From contig NW_019217926.1 in NCBI RefSeq assembly GCF_002571385.2, positions 158,532 through 222,531 on the forward strand: a DNA stretch of 64,000 nucleotides, written 5' to 3'. The DNA is from Stylophora pistillata (Eukaryota). Under the pieces are notes generated by a model that searched no databases, was not told where the DNA came from, and saw only the letters and a program-made list of their open reading frames with translations. This document shows, one piece after another, positions 60,624 through 64,000 of this stretch (position 1 is the stretch's first letter; each line of letters starts with the position of its first letter). The position numbers and the translations under genes were made by a program.

Positions 60624-63600
60624 TTGATATATCAGCTCTCTTCACATTATATTCATCGTCAGTCTTTTTAATCCATGTTGCATTATATGACCTCAGCTAA
60701 ACTTTGCTGCACTTTAACGGTAAATGGTGTTAACCTTCCAAAAGTAACTTTTGAAAAATTTTTGTCGTATTCTACCTTTTCCTTGTTTTATCAAAAATTT
60801 TCATTAAAATTGATCCTTGCAAGATGTTATCCCTTTAATTCATGATTATGACGCGGTTATAATCGATATCACCATTCGTTTATCTTTCTGTAACGTATGA
60901 AGAATATTTAGATTTATATCGCGAAATAATTTATTTCTTAATAGCTAATTTACTTTTCAAGTTAAGGCATAAACGAGGGAATTCATTTTGAAAAATATTC
61001 GTTTTAAATTTTAAGTGTTGGATTGTGGGATATCTCGTTTGATAAGGCGATTTTTCGATGCACGAAATACTTATACAATATTTACACAATACTGGGTAAT
61101 CAGTAAATTAGATTTCTTCATATGTTCAAAAAATGTGCGATTACTGAGACAAGTTATTCTAGCTTTTAAACTTTTCAGGTAGAGAAATATTTTTTGGCCG
61201 AAGATTTTTTGCTGAAAGTAATGATAAAATCGAAAAGATGAAAATTGTTTCGTAAGATAAGCGTATTAAGATTTACCAGAAATAAATGGAGATTCTTTCA
61301 GATAAACTTTGGAAGCGTCCTAGGACCTAGGAACATTGAAGGATTTCAAAATTGTGCGAAATTAAATTAAAGTCGAAGAGAACTTTAAAATGGTCCGACC
61401 CCTCTCCAGCTGTGTGATTACAATGGTTTGAATTGCAGGTTATTCCACGGCCAGCTGGGTTCTATCAAATTTTCACTAAAGAATTAAAATCAATGATGTC
61501 ACCTGTTCAATTAAAAACATTCAAGATTCTTTCGAGCCTTTCTGTGGCTGGCTACTGGAAATAATTTTACAATCGATAATTTTGCGAATTAGTAATTTAA
61601 CCGGCTTCTCTCTCTCTCTCTCTCTCTTTGTTTTTTTGTTTTTGTTTTGTTTTTCTTTGCCACTCTTTGTAGGGGAAATTTAGCCGAGAAAAGTTAATTT
61701 GTTTACTTGTGCATTCTTGATGTCTTAAGTTTTGTGATTGGATAAACTTTTTGATCTACCTAGTGATAGCAATAAAATACTAAATTATCTTCAGTCCCTA
61801 CCACAAACCTTGTTGAGGGCGAAATAAGTTAGAACAATACATTGAAAATATTATATTCTCACATGAAAAAGTAGAATTTCGCTTGTTCGCCTGAAGCTGC
61901 ACTTTAAGGAAATACAAAAAGTTTAACTTTGAGGACACGGTGATCTAGGTCTTTCAGATAATTTTCGCCTGAGATATAAACTAATGATATATTTGGAAAC
62001 TGTTGTTTATTGTTTGTATTGTTAATTTTATCGTTTGAATTTTTGATGAATTCGTCCAGAATATCAACTTCTCTAAAATCCTTCCGTCCAATTTCATTTC
62101 AAATTACTAATGACTTTATTAGAGGTTCTTCGCCTTCAGAACTGGCGCTATAGAAATTGTTCCTACGCGTTCCCCTGGAAAGTGGGAAGCAGGAAAGCGC
62201 TAATTATTTTCTACAAAGTTTTTTTTCCGAAGCATTTCATTAAAAAAACGGCAGGACATCGTCACAATGGCTTGGGCTCCGTGAACTTAACTCTAAACTT
62301 GTTTGGAGGCGAAATCATCCAGTTGACTTTGCTCGAACTGTTTTTGTTTAAGGGTTTGAAAATCTACCTCTATTTTAACAGGAATTCTTCTCCACTAACT
62401 ATGTTTTTCGCAAAATTCCTTCACTTTTTGTTGAAGCTCAGTTTCACAAATTGTTTTTGATTGTTTTGTTTTTGGTGATCGACCCCCTGTAAATATTAGC
62501 GCAAATCAATCAGAGTCTGAATATCTGAAAGGATTATTTTTAAGCCAAGAAAAACGTAATCAGAAATATTTACCTTGCCCGACGTAAAATATTCTGACTT
62601 TTGTTCGATTTTTACAAGGATGAACGAACTTAATGCGAAGATTAAGGATTTTATTTATGTATGTTTAATCGATTTTTTATGCTTTTAGGCGTTTCCCTTC
62701 CAATATGCATCAACCAATTTTTCCTTGTGGCGACCTGCAGTTCGAAGCAAATTGTTCTTGGAAACGCTTTCTAGAGGAAAATATTCAAGCAATTTTATTC
62801 CGCGCTTATAACTTAAAAACGGTTGTAAAAAGAAGCACTGAAGCGATAACTTGAGCAATGATTACCGCAAGCAACCCTTAAAAACCTTGAAATGTATCTG
62901 AAATAGGGCGCGAATGAATCTTTTTGAAATTGAAAGACTTCCACGTAGAGGATCTCCTCTTTTGGCGTTGAAAAAACTGGTCAGAACTGTGGTCAATTAT
63001 GAACAAAGGGGGAACAAGATTAAAACTCCAGGATATCACACTTGCAGGCTAGTAAGGACAAAGTAAAAACAAGAGGTTGGAAACCTAAGCACAAAACAGC
63101 TGGTATCCTCGACGGAAAAGCCTCGCGCCTCTTAAGAAAGAAACCTTCGTGAAATGTCTAAATTTATTGTTATTGAACATGGTACTGGCAATTATTGTTG
63201 ATCTGCAGTTCGGTTCTTTTCGTCCTTTGTCTCTATTTATTTGCGCATATATTCTTTCAACATTTTGAAAGTCAAATTTCTCCCTCTTTCATCATCGCCA
63301 TGGGCGAACCAAAATTGGTGTGGAATAATGCTTTTTGTGTCAGTGTAGAAATGTCGTAACAACTCAGTTTTGGAGTTTTTGTCTTTTTGAAAAATCCTAG
63401 CTTTTACTTTTTGATACCTCGCTTTGGGTGGTAGCAAAAATTTTAGTTTCTTTGGGAGGCATTTCTGTGATTTATAACTTTACGTTAGATACCGGCAAGA
63501 ATTTCCCCAATCAGCCGAGCCAGTGCATATTTAAGCAGTTTTTTTCAAAACATTCAAGCCATTAAAAATTTAAAAGAACAGGAATTTGAAGCGTTATATT

Positions 63601-64000
63601 TGGTTTAAATATTTCTTCTTAACAAAGGTTTCCGCTTTTGTTTTTCGAAACTTGATATTATTGTACGGCGAAAACAACTGAATAATTTTTTTCAAATAAT
63701 TTTGACCCGGATTTGAAAAAAATTTAATTTGAAATCTTAAGCGCTTTCCTTTAACACTATTACTGTTTTTAATTTTACTAAATATTTCGAGTAAAAAAAA
63801 AACGAAAGGCTCTGCCAACAAACATTATTGTTTCAATAGTTCTTCTGTTTATAAATCTTTCTAAGTACCTCTCGTACAGTTATTATATACGGTGATTTAA
63901 ACTTCCCGATTTTGATAAAATAAAAACATGTTATGCCAACTGAAGCTAAATTTTTTAGAAGATTATTTGTCGAGCGTTCGCGGTTTGCCTCTAGTAAAAT

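Overview
This is eukaryotic, intron-rich, AT-rich animal DNA with several assembly gaps. The repeat families and protein style suggest a cnidarian, probably a stony coral (inference). I reconstructed these genes by hand from GT-AG sites and intron phase: two exons of a minus-strand EGF/WSC-like extracellular protein; a head-to-head pair of intronless ABHD14-family hydrolases; NUP50 (6 exons, minus) head-to-head with PHF21A/B (13 exons, plus), with only 198 bp between the ATGs; an intronless 235-aa unknown gene; XRCC6/Ku70 (22 coding exons, minus); and a 496-aa unknown gene. The intergenic and intronic DNA is full of mobile-element relics: a DIRS-like element, Tx1/L1- and CR1/L2-like LINEs, Penelope-like GIY-YIG fragments carrying hammerhead ribozymes, tRNA-derived inserts with TSDs, and several MITE families, some nested. 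Four things most deserve a second look. (1) A hidden spliced plus-strand gene ends in an acidic EDNNETEKEQLG repeat exon, a frame the ORF track misses. (2) The PHF21-NUP50 head-to-head pair mirrors human 22q13. (3) Ribozyme- and tRNA-bearing inserts have built long palindromes, and one appears to have copied its own flanking DNA. (4) Both unknown genes have RFX X-box motifs upstream. No prokaryotic system or CRISPR array is present.
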